A stretch of 64,000 bases of DNA from Octopus sinensis (GCF_006345805.1 NC_042997.1:33728001-33792000); one strand, 5' to 3'. Counted from the stretch's first letter, positions 12,334-24,969 are shown. A program made the numbers and translations. Notes: generated from the sequence alone by a model not told the origin.

Positions 12334-14116
12334 ATCATCGTTATCATCACTGCTACATGATACTTCTGCTTGCTTTATTCATCAGTAGCTTAATATCGTT
12401 GGAAGTGTTGTGAGGGGATAGAATTCCTGTTGATTTTTACTAGTTTTGAGATCTCTTGCTGAGAATGTACTGAAGTGGTTTGATGTTGCCTATTTTGGTT
12501 CTAATGCTCATAGGAGAACATCAACTCAGCAGTGCATGTTAAATCAAAGCACTTGTTAATTGTATAGAACAGCCATTGCTTAGGGGTAAGCCATATCATC
12601 TACCCATAGTATACAATTTTTTTGACAGCATTGTGGGTTGGGCCTGTTCTAATTAAGTGTCTTAGTTGTGGATGCTGGAAAGTGCTAGAGATTAAATACA
12701 AATCACTGTTTTTTTTGTTTTTTTTTTAATTAGTGCTCTGACGAACTTATCTTGGTCAGCTGCAGTTCTGCCTCTTTTAGTGAAACTATTAAAATTTCCT
12801 TTCTTTCCTATATTATATATTCTTTCAAATTAAGTATCAATTCAAGAAAGCTACATAATGTTCTTTTTACTTTGAAATGCAAGATATTCTATCTGAACAT
12901 CAGCAGCAGTAGCTATGGAACTGACAGTAATTCTTGCATGATTCCAGCCAGGATTTGCTATGTTCTAATAATAATCTGATCAATGTATGATGTTAACCTT
13001 GTTGCTCATAATCAACTCCCCCCCCCCCAATAGTTATTATGTATGAGTATGAGTCAATGTCAGTTTGAAAGAGAAATCTTTGATTTTTGAGAAAAAGCAG
13101 AACTCCAAATGGAATAAATTTCCTGGTATTATTAATAACCGTTCGATGATTGATTAGAAAATAACAATATTTATCTATTTTACTGTTATCACATTCAGTT
13201 TCTCATACATACATAGATGATGATGTTGTTTGCTATTAATTTGGATATTTGCTTGTTGTCAGATGAAGCGGTTTTTCCTCGATAATCATTTAATTATGTA
13301 GCAGAAATATGTTTAGTCGTTAACTGGTTGATCAGATTGATGCAACTGAAATGGTGTACATTCTCCAGGGTTTCAAACCAATGTTTAATTGTCCGGTGTG
13401 AGGGATTTTAAAAATTCTGTATGTGTGTGTATGTGTGTGTGTGTATCAGAGTGATCTGATAGAAAAGCATAGAAAAGTGGATATTATATGACAATAATGA
13501 TGAGGGTGACATATAAATGTATGTTTACTTGTGTATACACACACACACACACATATATACACACACATACAACAGGCTTCTTTTAGTTTCTGTCTACCAA
13601 ATATAGTCACAAGGTTCTGGTCAGGCGAAGGCTATAGTAGAAAACACTTGCCTGGGCCTGCTAGAATCATAGTAGAATACTCCAATAAATAATTCATGGT
13701 ATCATAACCTATATCAATCCAATCACCTTTTTTAGAATACCCAGTTAAAAATTTCTAAACAAAGATTCTAATAGACACTGACTGAACTTTTATTTGACCC
13801 CTGCTCCATTACAAATTGAACAAGTATTATCAATGCTCATTATTTTATGAACTCTAAAAATTACACAACACCATCCTTCATTCAAAGAATTTTGATTAAT
13901 TAGATGAAAACTTTCAAGTAATGCAGATTGTGACCTGAATATGACACATATGCCACATGAATTCCTATATGTCCATTGCACTTATGTCTGACTAACAATA
14001 CTTTCTTTATCAAACCAGAAGAACTGTCTCCACCAACTTTTGCTCTCCACCCACACCCTACAAACATACTTTCTCCTGTCATTCTCCTATCATCATACAT
14101 AACTACTTCTCCTTTC

Positions 14117-15150
14117 ATCATCATCATCATCATCATCACTTAATGTCTGTTTTCTATTCTGGCATGAGTTGGACAGCTTGACAGGAGCTGGCAATGCCAG
14201 GGGCCACAACAGGTTACTTAGTCTGACTTGGCTTGGTTTCTACAGCTTGATGCCCATCCTAATGTCAACCACTTAACAAAGTGTACTGGGTACTTTTTAC
14301 ATGGTACCATCACCAGTGTTTTTTATGTGGCATCTGCACCAGTGCTTTTTACATGTTACTGTGATTTTAGGATATCAATTCTGTTGTGGTGGTTGGATGT
14401 TCTTGAGTACAACAATGTGTCATATTTCTGGTCCCTTGTCATCTCCTTTGTAAGGCTCAGCTGTTTTGAGATTGGCCTTCAGTACTTCACCCCATTTCTT
14501 CCTGGGTCTCTCTCTTCCACAACTTCTATCCACTTCAAGTGATCGGCACTTGTTTATGCAACTGTCCTCATCCATTCACATAACATGAGCATACCAGTGC
14601 AGTCTTCTCTCTTGCATGCTGCACCTAATTTCTCTTATGCTTAACTTTTCTCTCAATGCATTAGTGCTCTGTTGCACATGTACACTGACATTGCACATCC
14701 AGTGGAGCTTACCAGCTTCATTCCTCTCCAGTCTTTGCATGTCATCTGCATTCAGAGCCCACATATCAGTACCATGAAGCTTTGCAGTTCATATGCATGC
14801 ATCATAAATCTTCCTTTCACTCAGGGAGAGAGAGAGACCTTTGGTTACCAACAGAGGTAAAAGTTCTCAGAACTTTTTCCATCCTAGTTTTATTCTAGCA
14901 ATTATTCTATTGGTACGTGTACATCCTCCTCCACTGCTAATTAACACAAATTATCCACTACCTCTAAAAAGCCTCTGGGGCATTTGAATAAATCAGTTTC
15001 CTCATGTATCTGTAGTTGTTATGGCTCCTGTACATCTTCCACATACAAACACTATCTGTAAGCTTTCTTATTATTCCATTGCACCCCTTGTATGTCCATA
15101 GCTTGCACTGAGTTCACCGAATGGTATTTCTGTCTACACCTTTTTTACAT
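14117..15150 (-). mobile_element. Older RTE LINE 3' fragment
   Basis: ORF 14576-14764 WALNADDMQRLERNE..WMCNVSV..RRLHWYAHVM, homologous to 36245-36520; (CAT)n at 14117. Confidence 0.7.
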
Positions 15151-15606
15151 ACTGCGCAGGGCCTGCCTACAACTTCACGTATACCACATCTAATTTTCGT
15201 ATACATTGCTCTATCCGCTAAAGGAGCAGGCTATCAGAAGCACTATATATATAAAGCTTGAAAATCAGACTAACAGCTTTTTTATTACAGATAGTAAGCT
15301 GAAACTTTGAAGTTACTTTCAACCTTTTCCTTCTAAATATCCATATAAATATATGTGTGATAAAATCTTTGGATGTTGTTCTGAAAATTTCCAAATAAAC
15401 TGTGTACATTAATTGCTAATTTTAGGACATTATACTGCTCCAATTTATCAATTGTCTAAATTTAGAACTAAGCATGGAGAGGAATGTCAGTTATGGTACT
15501 GTTTCTTTTGTGGAATCTTCGAGAAAATCTAAGCAATGAACTTGTGGTTTTCAAATCTATTCACATTATGTTTTCTTGTAAGTAAAAGTAGCAATAGACA
15601 ATTAAA

Positions 15607-15837
15607 TACACACACACACATACATACATACATACGTACGTACGTACGTACGTACATACATACATGCATGCATACATACATACATACATACATACATACA
15701 TACACACACATACATACATACATACATACATACATACACATACACATACATACACACACACACATACATACATACATACATACATACATACATACATACA
15801 CACATACATACATACATACATACATACACACACACAT

Positions 15838-15893
<56 letters not shown>

Positions 15894-15900
15894 CTACATA
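15607..15900. repeat. (TACA)n/(CA)n microsatellite with short (TACG)n
   Basis: Direct inspection. Confidence 0.95.
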
Positions 15901-15984
15901 TATAAAGAAACACCTCTACATCATGTTGTGAGAAGTAAGTAAAAACATAAACATTTGTCTCTACAAGTAAAACTAAAAATATTG

Positions 15985-17270
15985 GAGTGCTCTGCTTCTT
16001 AAAATAAATCAGCACAGTGCTTGCTGTTCATTTAAAAATTTTTACAGTTACTGTTGTGTAAGATTTAAAAAAGAAAAAAAAAACCGACCTGATATTGAAA
16101 AATCAGCACTTACTAATGAGTACATAGATTGTAAGAGGGTATGATCTTGTAAAGATAATGTAATTGAGTCAATACTGAAAGTTTGGTTTGGCAATGTTCG
16201 TGAAAAGAATGCATCAATTAATGGACTACTGATGCATCAAGAAGCAGAAGAGTTTGTAAAAGAAATGGTAAAAGAAAATTTCACACCAACTGACGGATGA
16301 TTGAAGTGAGAGAATAGTGTGTACAAACATGTTTATGGGAAGGAAAAAATGCTGTTTTTTTTTTTTTAAATTCTTTCTCAACTGAAGTGTGAAATATTGC
16401 TGAATATTCTCCTGAGATTATTTACAATAGATTGCACAAAAATAAAACCTGGCTTTATTTTGTGTGGAGTGCTTGAGTTTACATATTCGTTAAGAAATGG
16501 AAATGCTAAAAGGAAAGGGATTTAAATTTTTAAAACAGCAAGTGATATTTCTTTATCATGTTATTATGAAGGGACATAACCGATACCATCTTATGGTTAG
16601 AAAAGTCAAAAATCCTCAGGGCCTTAGGGTGGTCAGAATTTTATCTGTTCATTACTGTTCTTATTCAAATGTGTGGTTCGCTCAAGTTATTTCTAACAGG
16701 TGGTTACTTATATATGAGGGGAGGCGCAATGGCCCAGTGGTTAGGGCAGCGGACTCGCGGTCATAGGATCGCGGTTTCGATTCCCAGACCGGGCGTTGTG
16801 AGTGTTTATTGAGCGAAAACACCTAAAGCTCCACGAGGCTCCGGCAGGGGATGGTGGTGATCCCTGCTGTACTCTTTCACCACAACTTTACAAAAAGAAT
16901 AAGTCCCGGGGTCTCACTATTACTTCCTGTTTCTGGTGTACCTGTATTTCAAAGGGCCAGCCTTGTCACTCTCTGTGTCACGCTAAATATCCCCGAGAAC
17001 TACGTTAAGGGTGCACGTGTCTGTGGAGTGCTCAGCCACTTACACGTTAATTTCACGAGCAGGCTGTTCCGTTGATTCGGATCAACCGGAACCCTCGTCG
17101 TCGTAACTTCCACCCACTTATATAGATTTTGGTACGTAAGTAAACAATTGGTTTGTTAGTTGACAATTATACGGCATATAAACAGTTTATCATTAAAAAA
17201 CATCAAAGTCATTTTCTTACCTTCAAACTTTGCTTTGTTATTTCAACCATGTGACTAAGGTGTGAGCTTT
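15985..17270 (+). pseudogene. Decayed Tigger/pogo (CENP-B HTH + DDE_1) transposase, split by SINE-C
   Basis: IESILKVWFGNVREKNASINGLLMHQEAEEF..FTPTDG (CENP-B HTH); KVKNPQGLR..HYCSYSNVWFAQVISNRWL; LLVDNYTAY..NIKVIFLPSN..QPCD*GV (DDE motifs); many stops and frameshifts. Confidence 0.75.
16721..17107 (+). mobile_element. SINE-C, young (CpG-rich)
   Basis: tRNA-like head TGGCCCAGTGGTTAGGGCAGCGGACTCGCGG..GGTTTCGATTCCC. Confidence 0.85.
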
Positions 17271-17749
17271 AACTCTTTCATCACCAACTATCCTGTAGAT
17301 ACTCAAGAATTTTTTTAGCTCATGTCACAAATGTGTCTGTACCTGCCCAAAATTGCCTGTTCATCATCATCATTGCCATCAACATTTAATGTCCTTCAGT
17401 TGAACATTCCTAATCTTGTGGGCTTGTGGGTTGGTGCAATATCAGTGCCATTTAATAGCACCTGTGCTGGTATTGCCTCAGAGCACTCACTACACTGTAA
17501 AGTGTTTGGCACTTGGAAGGGCATCCAGTCACAGAAACCATGCCAAAACAGACACAGAGCCTTGGTAGCTCTTCAACTCGGCAGCTCCTGTCCAACCCAT
17601 GCCAACATGGAAAACATTAAATGATGAATTATGATTTCCATGCTGGCATAGTTGGATGGCTTGATAGGAACTGACAAAGCCAGAGGCAGCAACAAGTTCT
17701 GTAATCTGTTTTGGCTTGGTTTCTGCAGTGTATATTGAGTTCAGAAGTG

Positions 17750-18131
17750 TATAAGAAGCTTGAGAGGCGGTTGGATGGAACTTACACTCGCCTCCTTATG
17801 AAAGCTCAAAATCTCTCGTGGAAGCATCATCCAACCAAAGTACAAATACATGGGAAGCTACCACCTGTATCATCTCTTGTGAAAAGTAGGAGAGTCCAGT
17901 TTGCTGGACATTGTTGTAGAGCTGAAAACGAGGCAATTTCTACTCTTCTCCTCTGGAAGCCATCTACTCGCGATACCAGAGGGCGCACACTCTCCTACCC
18001 TGATGTAATCTCCAGGGGTACAGGCATCCAGCAACAGGACCTCCGTAATGCTATGATGGACCATGAAGTCTGGCGTAGCATGGTAAATTCCATTGTCTCG
18101 ACCACAGTTGAACAATGATGATGATGATGAT
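17750..18131 (+). mobile_element. RTE/RTE-X LINE 3' end nested in an older RTE-B UTR
   Basis: LERRLDGTYTRLLMKAQNLSWKHHPT..STTVEQ*(TGA)n. Confidence 0.8.
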
Positions 18132-18258
18132 ATTGAGTGCTTTTTATGTGGCACCATCACCAGTGCATTTTTATGAGGTATCAACACTCACATCAACGCC
18201 TTTTGTGTGGCACCTTGGTTTTAGGATCCCAATTCCGTTGTGGTAGGCAGGTCTTCTT

Positions 18259-18494
18259 ATTTGTTTACTGCCCACAAGGGGCTAAACACAGAGAGGACAA
18301 ACAAGGACAGACAAACGGATTAAATCAATTACATCGACCCCAGTGCGTAACTAGTACTTATTTAATCGACCCTGAAAGGATGAAAGGCAAACAAAGTCAA
18401 CCTCGGTGAAATTTGAACTGAGAACGTAGCGGCAGACGAAATACTACCAAGCATTTCACCCAGCGTGCTAATGATTCTTTTAGCCCGCTCGCCT
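18259..18494 (-). mobile_element. SINE-D with 15-bp TSD
   Basis: TSD TAGGCAGGTCTTCTT at 18244-18258 and 18495-18509; homologous to 23726-23956. Confidence 0.85.
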
Positions 18495-18978
18495 TAGGCA
18501 GGTCTTCTTGAGTACAGCAATGCACCACATATCTCAGGCCTCTGTCATCACATATTTAAATATTAACTTCAGTGCATATCATGTTAGGACATTCATGAAA
18601 ACACATGATTTCCCTGCATAAACAAATGAGTTGCAGTAGCTGACATTATTTGGCATGATATCAGATCTTTGTGAACTATTGGAGATTTGTTTTCACATTC
18701 TTTCTACATTGAATTATTGAAAACTTTTGATACTGATGGAAAGTGGATACTAGTTTCATGTCAAATAGTGAATCAGGCTTTGAAGGATTTTCAACAGAAG
18801 ACAGAGAAAAATCAAATAAAGTATATGGTGAACACAAAAACTGCATGATGTGTCATTATAAATTGGATATTTCAGTTTCTGAAAGTGAAACTAGTGATTC
18901 CAATGATAACTCCAAAAGTGACAAAGAAAATAGATTTGTACCTGAATCAAGCAAGAGTTTGAAAATTGTTTTCCTTAA

Positions 18979-19194
18979 CCCTTTTGTTACCAACCCGGCT
19001 GAAACCGGCTCTGGCTCTGAGTACAAATGTTTTCATAAGTTTTGAATTAAAATCTTCCACCAAACCTTAGTCACAATTTATGTTCCTAACACTAGATGAA
19101 CGATAACTAAGTTATTTTACTAAATTCTTTGTTATATTTAAAGTAATTGAAAGAAACACAGAGCATCTCAAAATAAATACAGTAACAAAAAGGT
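18979..19194. mobile_element. piggyBac-type MITE (family P2); right TIR split by solo LTR
   Basis: TTAA 18975-18978 + CCCTTTTGTTAC; homologous to intact copy 39854-40075. Confidence 0.8.
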
Positions 19195-19574
19195 TGTAGT
19201 GATATTATAACGGTGCGCGCTCGCGCACCGACCATTTGTATTTCGCGCGTGTTGGTGCCTTTACCAAGGCACAGAAAGGAAGGCCCCTCTCGCGCATGCG
19301 CGAACCACCGGAAGCACGACCCTTTTGCCTACGTAGCAGTTAGCGAGGCAAGGGGGTCGTAAGACGTTGACTACCAGCGTCCAGTCATCGGTGACTTGGG
19401 ACCCAGCGATTGACGGCGACGGTCACGCATATATTCTCTCCATTCGAACTGATTCTAGCAGTCCTTTACCAAAAGGGCTTTAACCAAAAATGTTGCAGAC
19501 CAACATCGTCTCCATTGTTCTACGCCATCTTGGACCCTTTCTGTTTTCATCGGCTGGACATTGTAAATATTACA
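19195..19574. mobile_element. Solo LTR (380 bp), probably Ty3/Gypsy
   Basis: TGTA...TACA termini; 4-bp TSD AGGT (19191-19194, 19575-19578); CpG-rich. Confidence 0.7.
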
Positions 19575-19814
19575 AGGTTAATGCTATTTCTAAAGAGACC
19601 TGGACCTGGTCAAAAATCTAATGGTTTTGTCTCTGAGGAGACCAAACAGCTAGATTATTTTTTTAATCTTTTCTTCTTAGTTTAATCAAAACAATTACTC
19701 CAGAAACAAATCATTATGCATATTATAAACAAAGAAATAAAAAAGATAGTTTGTGTTTTCCACATATTCAGATGAAATCCAAGCATTTTCTGCAATTAAT
19801 ATTATTATGGGTAT

Positions 19815-19978
19815 AAGCGCAGGAGTGGCTGTGTGGTAAGTAGCTTGCTTACCAACCACACGGTTCCAGGTTCAGTCCCACTGCATGGCAGCTTGGGCAA
19901 GTGTCTTCTACTATAGCCTCGGGCCGACCAAAGCCTTGTGAGTGGATTTGGTAGACGGAAACTGAAAGAAGCCTGTCG

Positions 19979-20009
<31 letters not shown>

Positions 20010-20229
20010 GTGTGTGTTTGTGTGTCTATGTTTGTCCCCCCAACATCGCTTGACAACCGATGCTGGTGTGTTTACGTCCCCGTTACTTAGCGGTTCGGCA
20101 AAAGAGACCGATAGAATAGGTATTAGGCTTACAAAGAATAAGTCCTGGGGTCGATTTGCTCGACTAGAAAGGTGGTGCTCCAGCATGGCCGCAGTCAAAT
20201 GACTGAAACAAGTAAAAGAGTAAAAGAGT
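19815..20229 (+). mobile_element. Full-length SINE-A
   Basis: A-box-like TGGCTGTGTGG, B-box-like GGTTCAGTCCC, (GTAAAAGA)n tail. Confidence 0.9.
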
Positions 20230-21111
20230 ATAAGAAAGTGATCCAGAATTACAAAATACTGGAGCAGCGATGAACCTTTCAGGGTCCTCTTGTTTCCAGA
20301 ATTATGATGAGGACCTGATTTTTAAAATGATCACAGTATCTACATGTAAGAGACAGGAGTACACCAGTATGTAGAGAACTAAACTTTGAACCCTTATTTA
20401 AAATAAAACTCCTCATTAACTGCATTTAAAATGCTTATCAAACATTCTACAAACAGGGAGATACCTCTCCTTCAATGAGAGTATAGTGAGTTACAAAGGT
20501 CAAGTACATTATTTAGCAGTACATGCCTAGAAAATCCACTTAATGGTGGGGATCAAAATTTGGAAGATTTGTGAAGCAAATACTGGGTACTGCTGTGCAT
20601 TCAGTTTTTATATGAAGAAAAGGGACAATAATGTAAGCCATCATGGCCTAGGGTATGATGTGGTCTGGAATGTATCAATCTCATATCATAACTAGGGCTG
20701 TTCTTAAATTTTTTTCCTCTGGTTTTTCAGTTTGGTCAAACCTGTGGTAGATTTAGAGGCTGTGACAACTTATACATGTGCTACAGTAGTTGCAAGTAGG
20801 AATGGGATACCCTTGGATATAAAAAAAGCAGAATTTAAATAAAGAAGTGAAATAATCCAATGGCAGAAAGGAAACTTGCTGGTAGCACATACGAAGATAA
20901 GACGCAAGTCAGTTTTCTATCTACATGTGCATAGCCACATGTTGATAAAAATAGCACCCCGTTGTTAACTTTGATTGTAACATGCAAATGGGTGGTGTTG
21001 ATTGGCTAAATCAAATGATTATTACCAGTTGGTAGGCCTGGTAATAAATGGTGGCAATACCTAGGTTTGATATATAGTAAATTTGGGTATTGTTAATGCA
21101 TTTATATACTA

Positions 21112-21506
21112 CTAGCAGTATTGCCCGGCGTTGCTCGGGTTTGTAAGGGAAATAACTATATAAGCATTTTTAGAGATGTAAAGTATAATAGCCATCTCAA
21201 TATGGCTAACCACAAAGGTGGGTGTTACTGTAGCTTTTTACGTTCTGAGATTTAATAATACATTTTTAGAGAGTTACTTCCCTTATATATGCCAAAAATG
21301 CATTAAAAATGGGAAAAATTGATGGTAAATTTTTTTTTAAATCGTAGACTCATCGTAGACGCGCGCTAATACCCAGAAGGGCTCAATATGAATCACGACT
21401 ATAAAATACCCGGTTTTAGTTAAACTGCATCGCAAAATGTGGGAGTAGTTAGGATTCTAAATCGTAGGAGACAGACAGCACACAACCTCTCTTTTATATA
21501 TAAAGA
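21112..21506 (-). mobile_element. Non-autonomous Helitron
   Basis: Minus strand 5' TC, 3' CTAG, subterminal hairpin CCCGAGCAACGCCGGG, inserted between A and T, no TSD. Confidence 0.8.
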
Positions 21507-21864
21507 TATACTAAATCAGTGGGGGGATCGAAAATGATGCAACCATCTGCAGTTCTGAGCAGATATAGCAACACAGCCAAGGGCAGGTTTTTCATTGGAA
21601 GAATAATTGTTGGAAGGAAAACTAAAGCCTTTCAGAGGGATACCCCTCTGGATTCATCTGAAGTCCATAAACTGGGGAAAATCAAGAACTGCAAAAGGCT
21701 GTGCTGCGAATGTCTTTACCAAAAAAAGAAAGCTCTCAGTGGACACACAGTGGAAACAAGCTTCCAGTGTGTATTCTACAAGGTTGCATTATGTTGAGGG
21801 GGATGCTTTACAAATAATAAAAATGTGTGGTTTGATTATGTGTGTGTGTGTATATATATATATA

Positions 21865-22009
21865 TCATCATCATCATCGTTTAACGTCCGTTCTCCATGC
21901 TAGCATGGGTTGGACGGTTCGACCGGGGTTCTGGGAAGCCAGAAGGCTGCACCAGGCTCCAGTCTAATCTGGCAATGTTTCTACAGCTGGATGCCCTTCC
22001 TAACGCCAC
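21865..22009 (-). mobile_element. RTE-B 3' end
   Basis: (CAT)n plus family B terminal sequence. Confidence 0.8.
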
Positions 22010-22039
22010 ATATATATATATATATATATATTTTTTTTT

Positions 22040-22248
22040 TTTGTACTTGTTTCAGTCATTTGACTGCGGCCATGCTGGAGCACCGCCTTTTAGAGTGGTG
22101 AAAGAGTACAGCAGGGATCACCACCTCCTGCCGGAGCCTCGTGGAGCTTTTAGGTGTTTTCGCTCAATAAACACACACAACGCCCGGTCTGGGAATCGAA
22201 ACCGTGATCCTCTGACCGCAAGTCCGCTGCCCTAACCACTAGGCCATT
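22040..22248 (-). mobile_element. Chimeric SINE: C head fused to A tail
   Basis: 22093-22248 = SINE-C head; 22040-22092 = SINE-A 3' end in the same orientation. Confidence 0.75.
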
Positions 22249-22249
22249 G

Positions 22250-22450
22250 GTAAACGGGAAGGTTTACAAAAATAAACAAAAGACGAAGGCAGGTGGAGTA
22301 CAAACAAACAAATGTATTAGTATGGTGCTCAGGAATAGAAATAGAACAAGTCTTTTACGTTTCGAGCCTATGCTCTTCGACAGAAAGATACACAGAAAGG
22401 AAACAAGGAGAGAAAAAAAATGCGTGTAGGAGCTAACGATCTATCATGGC
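22250..22450 (-). mobile_element. Penelope-like repeat with hammerhead motif
   Basis: Homologous (inverted) to 28940-29070; contains hammerhead-like fold. Confidence 0.5.
22351..22388 (-). ncRNA. Minimal hammerhead-like motif (A6U core, extra A after A9)
   Basis: TCTTT-CTGTCGA-A-GAGC-ATAG-GCTC-GAAA-CG-TA-AAAGA. Confidence 0.55.
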
Positions 22451-23725
22451 GTTCTATCTGTCTGTATGCCTGTCTGCCTGCCTGTCTGATTTTATTTTTA
22501 TTTTTTTCTCATTTATCTTGATTTTATTTTTCGTTTTTGGATTTGGTTTGCAAGATTCTTTATATGAGTTCGTGTGTTGAAGCATATTCTGTTGTGTCTG
22601 GGGAGAGTCATTTTCTTTTTGTGCTTTATAATGTAACACACTCACTGGTAAAATTTCCACTTATTTTGTTTTTATTTCTTTTATTTATCTATCAGTTTAA
22701 TTTACCTGTGATTTTAAGTTTGATAAATTTGTATTGTGAATCATTATTATATATGTTTCTGTGTATTTATATATATGTGTGTGAGTTGATTTCATTTTGT
22801 TGACATTATATGTATTTCATTTTCTAGTTTAATTCAAAGATAAATTCCTGTATTTCATTCTAGTTTACCTTTATTGCTACACCTGTCTTATGTACATTTA
22901 AGTTTAACTGATAATCCAGTGATGTGTACAAAATTCTTCTGTATTTAAAATTTTGTTGTTGTATATCCAATTGAATATTAGATAATGTCTCATTTCCTAA
23001 GGCAATGTTTAAACAAAATTGGAATCATTTTATATTTAGTTGAATTTACATGTATTTACCTTTAATTAGAATTGCTTTGATAGAAAAATTATGCAATAGA
23101 TTTAAGAACCTTTTGTTAAATTGTGTTCCCGAATTCTTGGTAATATGTCGATAGATAAAGTAAAGTTGTTTTATGAAACCAGTCTATTCATAATTGTATT
23201 AGAATTTAATTGAAACGCATAAGGGGTGTATTTTGGTTAGATACTTAGTAAAGAAAAGGTTAAAGGCTTATTATTGATCAGAAATTTCCACAAGAATTTT
23301 GATGAATCTCAATGTCAATCTGGTGCAAATGCAGCCGTTATGAATTGAATTCCCTTTCTTGATGTCTTGCATATGTTAGGAATGTTATGGAAGCAAGTCT
23401 AAAAACAAAAATAGAAGGAAAAGGATATGCCTATTTAAAAATTGTTAAAAAAAAGATGGATGTTCTAAAAGAAACACGGAAACTTTTGTTAACTTTTGTA
23501 AACTTTTGTTAAGAGATTAGAGCTTATTATGAATGAAAATCTTGGTAGAGCTCGAGACTATGTACAAAAGGAAGAATCTGAAAATTGGTTGGCTGTTGAT
23601 TGAAGCTAAAGTGAGTGTCAGAAATATGTCAAGCTGTAATGAACTATGAAATGTGAACAGTATAATCAACACTGGGCAAGTTACATGCACATGTGGATAC
23701 ATATTATATGAACATGCATATTTAA

Positions 23726-23956
23726 GGCGGTGAGCTGGTAGAAACATTAGCACGCCGGGCGAAATGCGTAGCCGTATTTCGTCTGCCGCTACGTTCTGGG
23801 TTCAAATTCCGCCGAGGTCAACTTTGCCTTTCATCCTTTCGGGGGTCGATAAATTAAGTACCAGTTACGCACTGGGGTCGATGTAATCGACTTAACACGT
23901 TTGTCTGTCCTTGTTTGTCTTCTCTGTGTTTAGCCCCTTGTGGGTAGTAAAGAAAT
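23726..23956 (+). mobile_element. SINE-D
   Basis: GGCGGTGAGCTGG..GGTTCAAATTCC head; copies at 18259 and 54134. Confidence 0.85.
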
Positions 23957-24577
23957 ATATATGAACATGCATACACACACACACTCTCTCTGCCCCCCCT
24001 CTAATTGGATGGCTGTTGAATCTTTCAAATTCATCTCTCATGACATTTTTCATTCTGTTGGATGTAAAGAAAAAACTCAACACCCTCCTCCTCATCATGC
24101 AGGATTAATGGGGTTACCTATTCAATCACTGAAGACATAACCATACACATGTTGCACTGGTTTACATGATTACCTGGAACAGGTCATTCATTACTACATT
24201 AATGGTCTGACCATAAACTTGAAGGAAACAAAGGTAATGTTCAATCCAGCACCAGGTGTGCACTACATTGAAGCAAACATCTTTGTGTATGGTAACAAAT
24301 TAGAAGTGGACATGTTTTTTATATCTTGGGAATATCAGGAGCTAGATCCCTAGATGCTGAATTTCACTCATATCCAAAATCCTTGTAAAGATTTTGGTAA
24401 GGTATTTCAGCTAAAAAGTCAGTGTCTATAAGACATGTGTTTTGATGTTCCTCCTGTGCTTGTCCAAGAGGGACAACATTTGGTCAATATCTTAAGATGC
24501 TTGAGTGATTTCGGAAAAAAATGTCTGAGGGGCATATTCAAAGCCAGGTGGCAGATTCTAACAGCAGACACTAAGAT

Positions 24578-24721
24578 ATGCCGACGACCGCTTTGTTCAA
24601 AGCCTGCCTGGACCTCAAGTGGCCTGAACTCTTTACATGAACACCACCCTGTACTTAACTCCATGTCCCCCTACATGGCCTTGCTATTTGCTTTTGAGCC
24701 AAATTAACTAACTAACTAACT
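24578..24721 (+). mobile_element. CR1 3' end, (TAAC)n tail
   Basis: Homologous to 9738-9880. Confidence 0.7.
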
Positions 24722-24969
24722 ATTCCTGAGAGCTGACTATCTTATTAGTGAATCAAGGATCATCACCAGTCAAATGCATTAGGCATATGCAGAAGAGTAA
24801 TGAACAGCTCTTGAAACAGCTTCTCTGCATCAAATTAGAAACTGGAAAGTATCTACAATTAGGCTTTAAAAACGGATACTACTACTGCATAAAATACATC
24901 CTTGAGATAAAGGTGAATGACTGAGAAGAGCTGCCTTAATGTTTCTAATCATTCAATGAATGATTAGAG

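Larger units (their letters stand above)
18740..21830 (+). pseudogene. Decayed piggyBac-type transposase with four nested insertions
   Basis: Acidic N-terminus (SNSESGFEGFS); WGIKIWKICEANTGYCCAF..GLGYDVV; MGGVD; VNLGIVNAFI; C-terminal Cys-rich KRLCCECL..ETSFQCVFYKVALC*GGCF; numerous stops. Confidence 0.75.

Noticed and set aside
12738-12762. CTGACGA hammerhead core
   Set aside because: No downstream stem II-GAAA.
13680-14040. Decayed Penelope RT fragment
   Set aside because: Only vague resemblance across frameshifts; not supportable without a profile search.
16721-16795. tRNA gene
   Set aside because: The tRNA-like head continues into a SINE body; no proper acceptor stem or terminator.
19805-20198. 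Recurrent ORFs such as RQASFSFRLPNPLTRLWSARGYSRRHLPK
   Set aside because: Antisense or alternate-frame readings of SINE-A, not a gene family.
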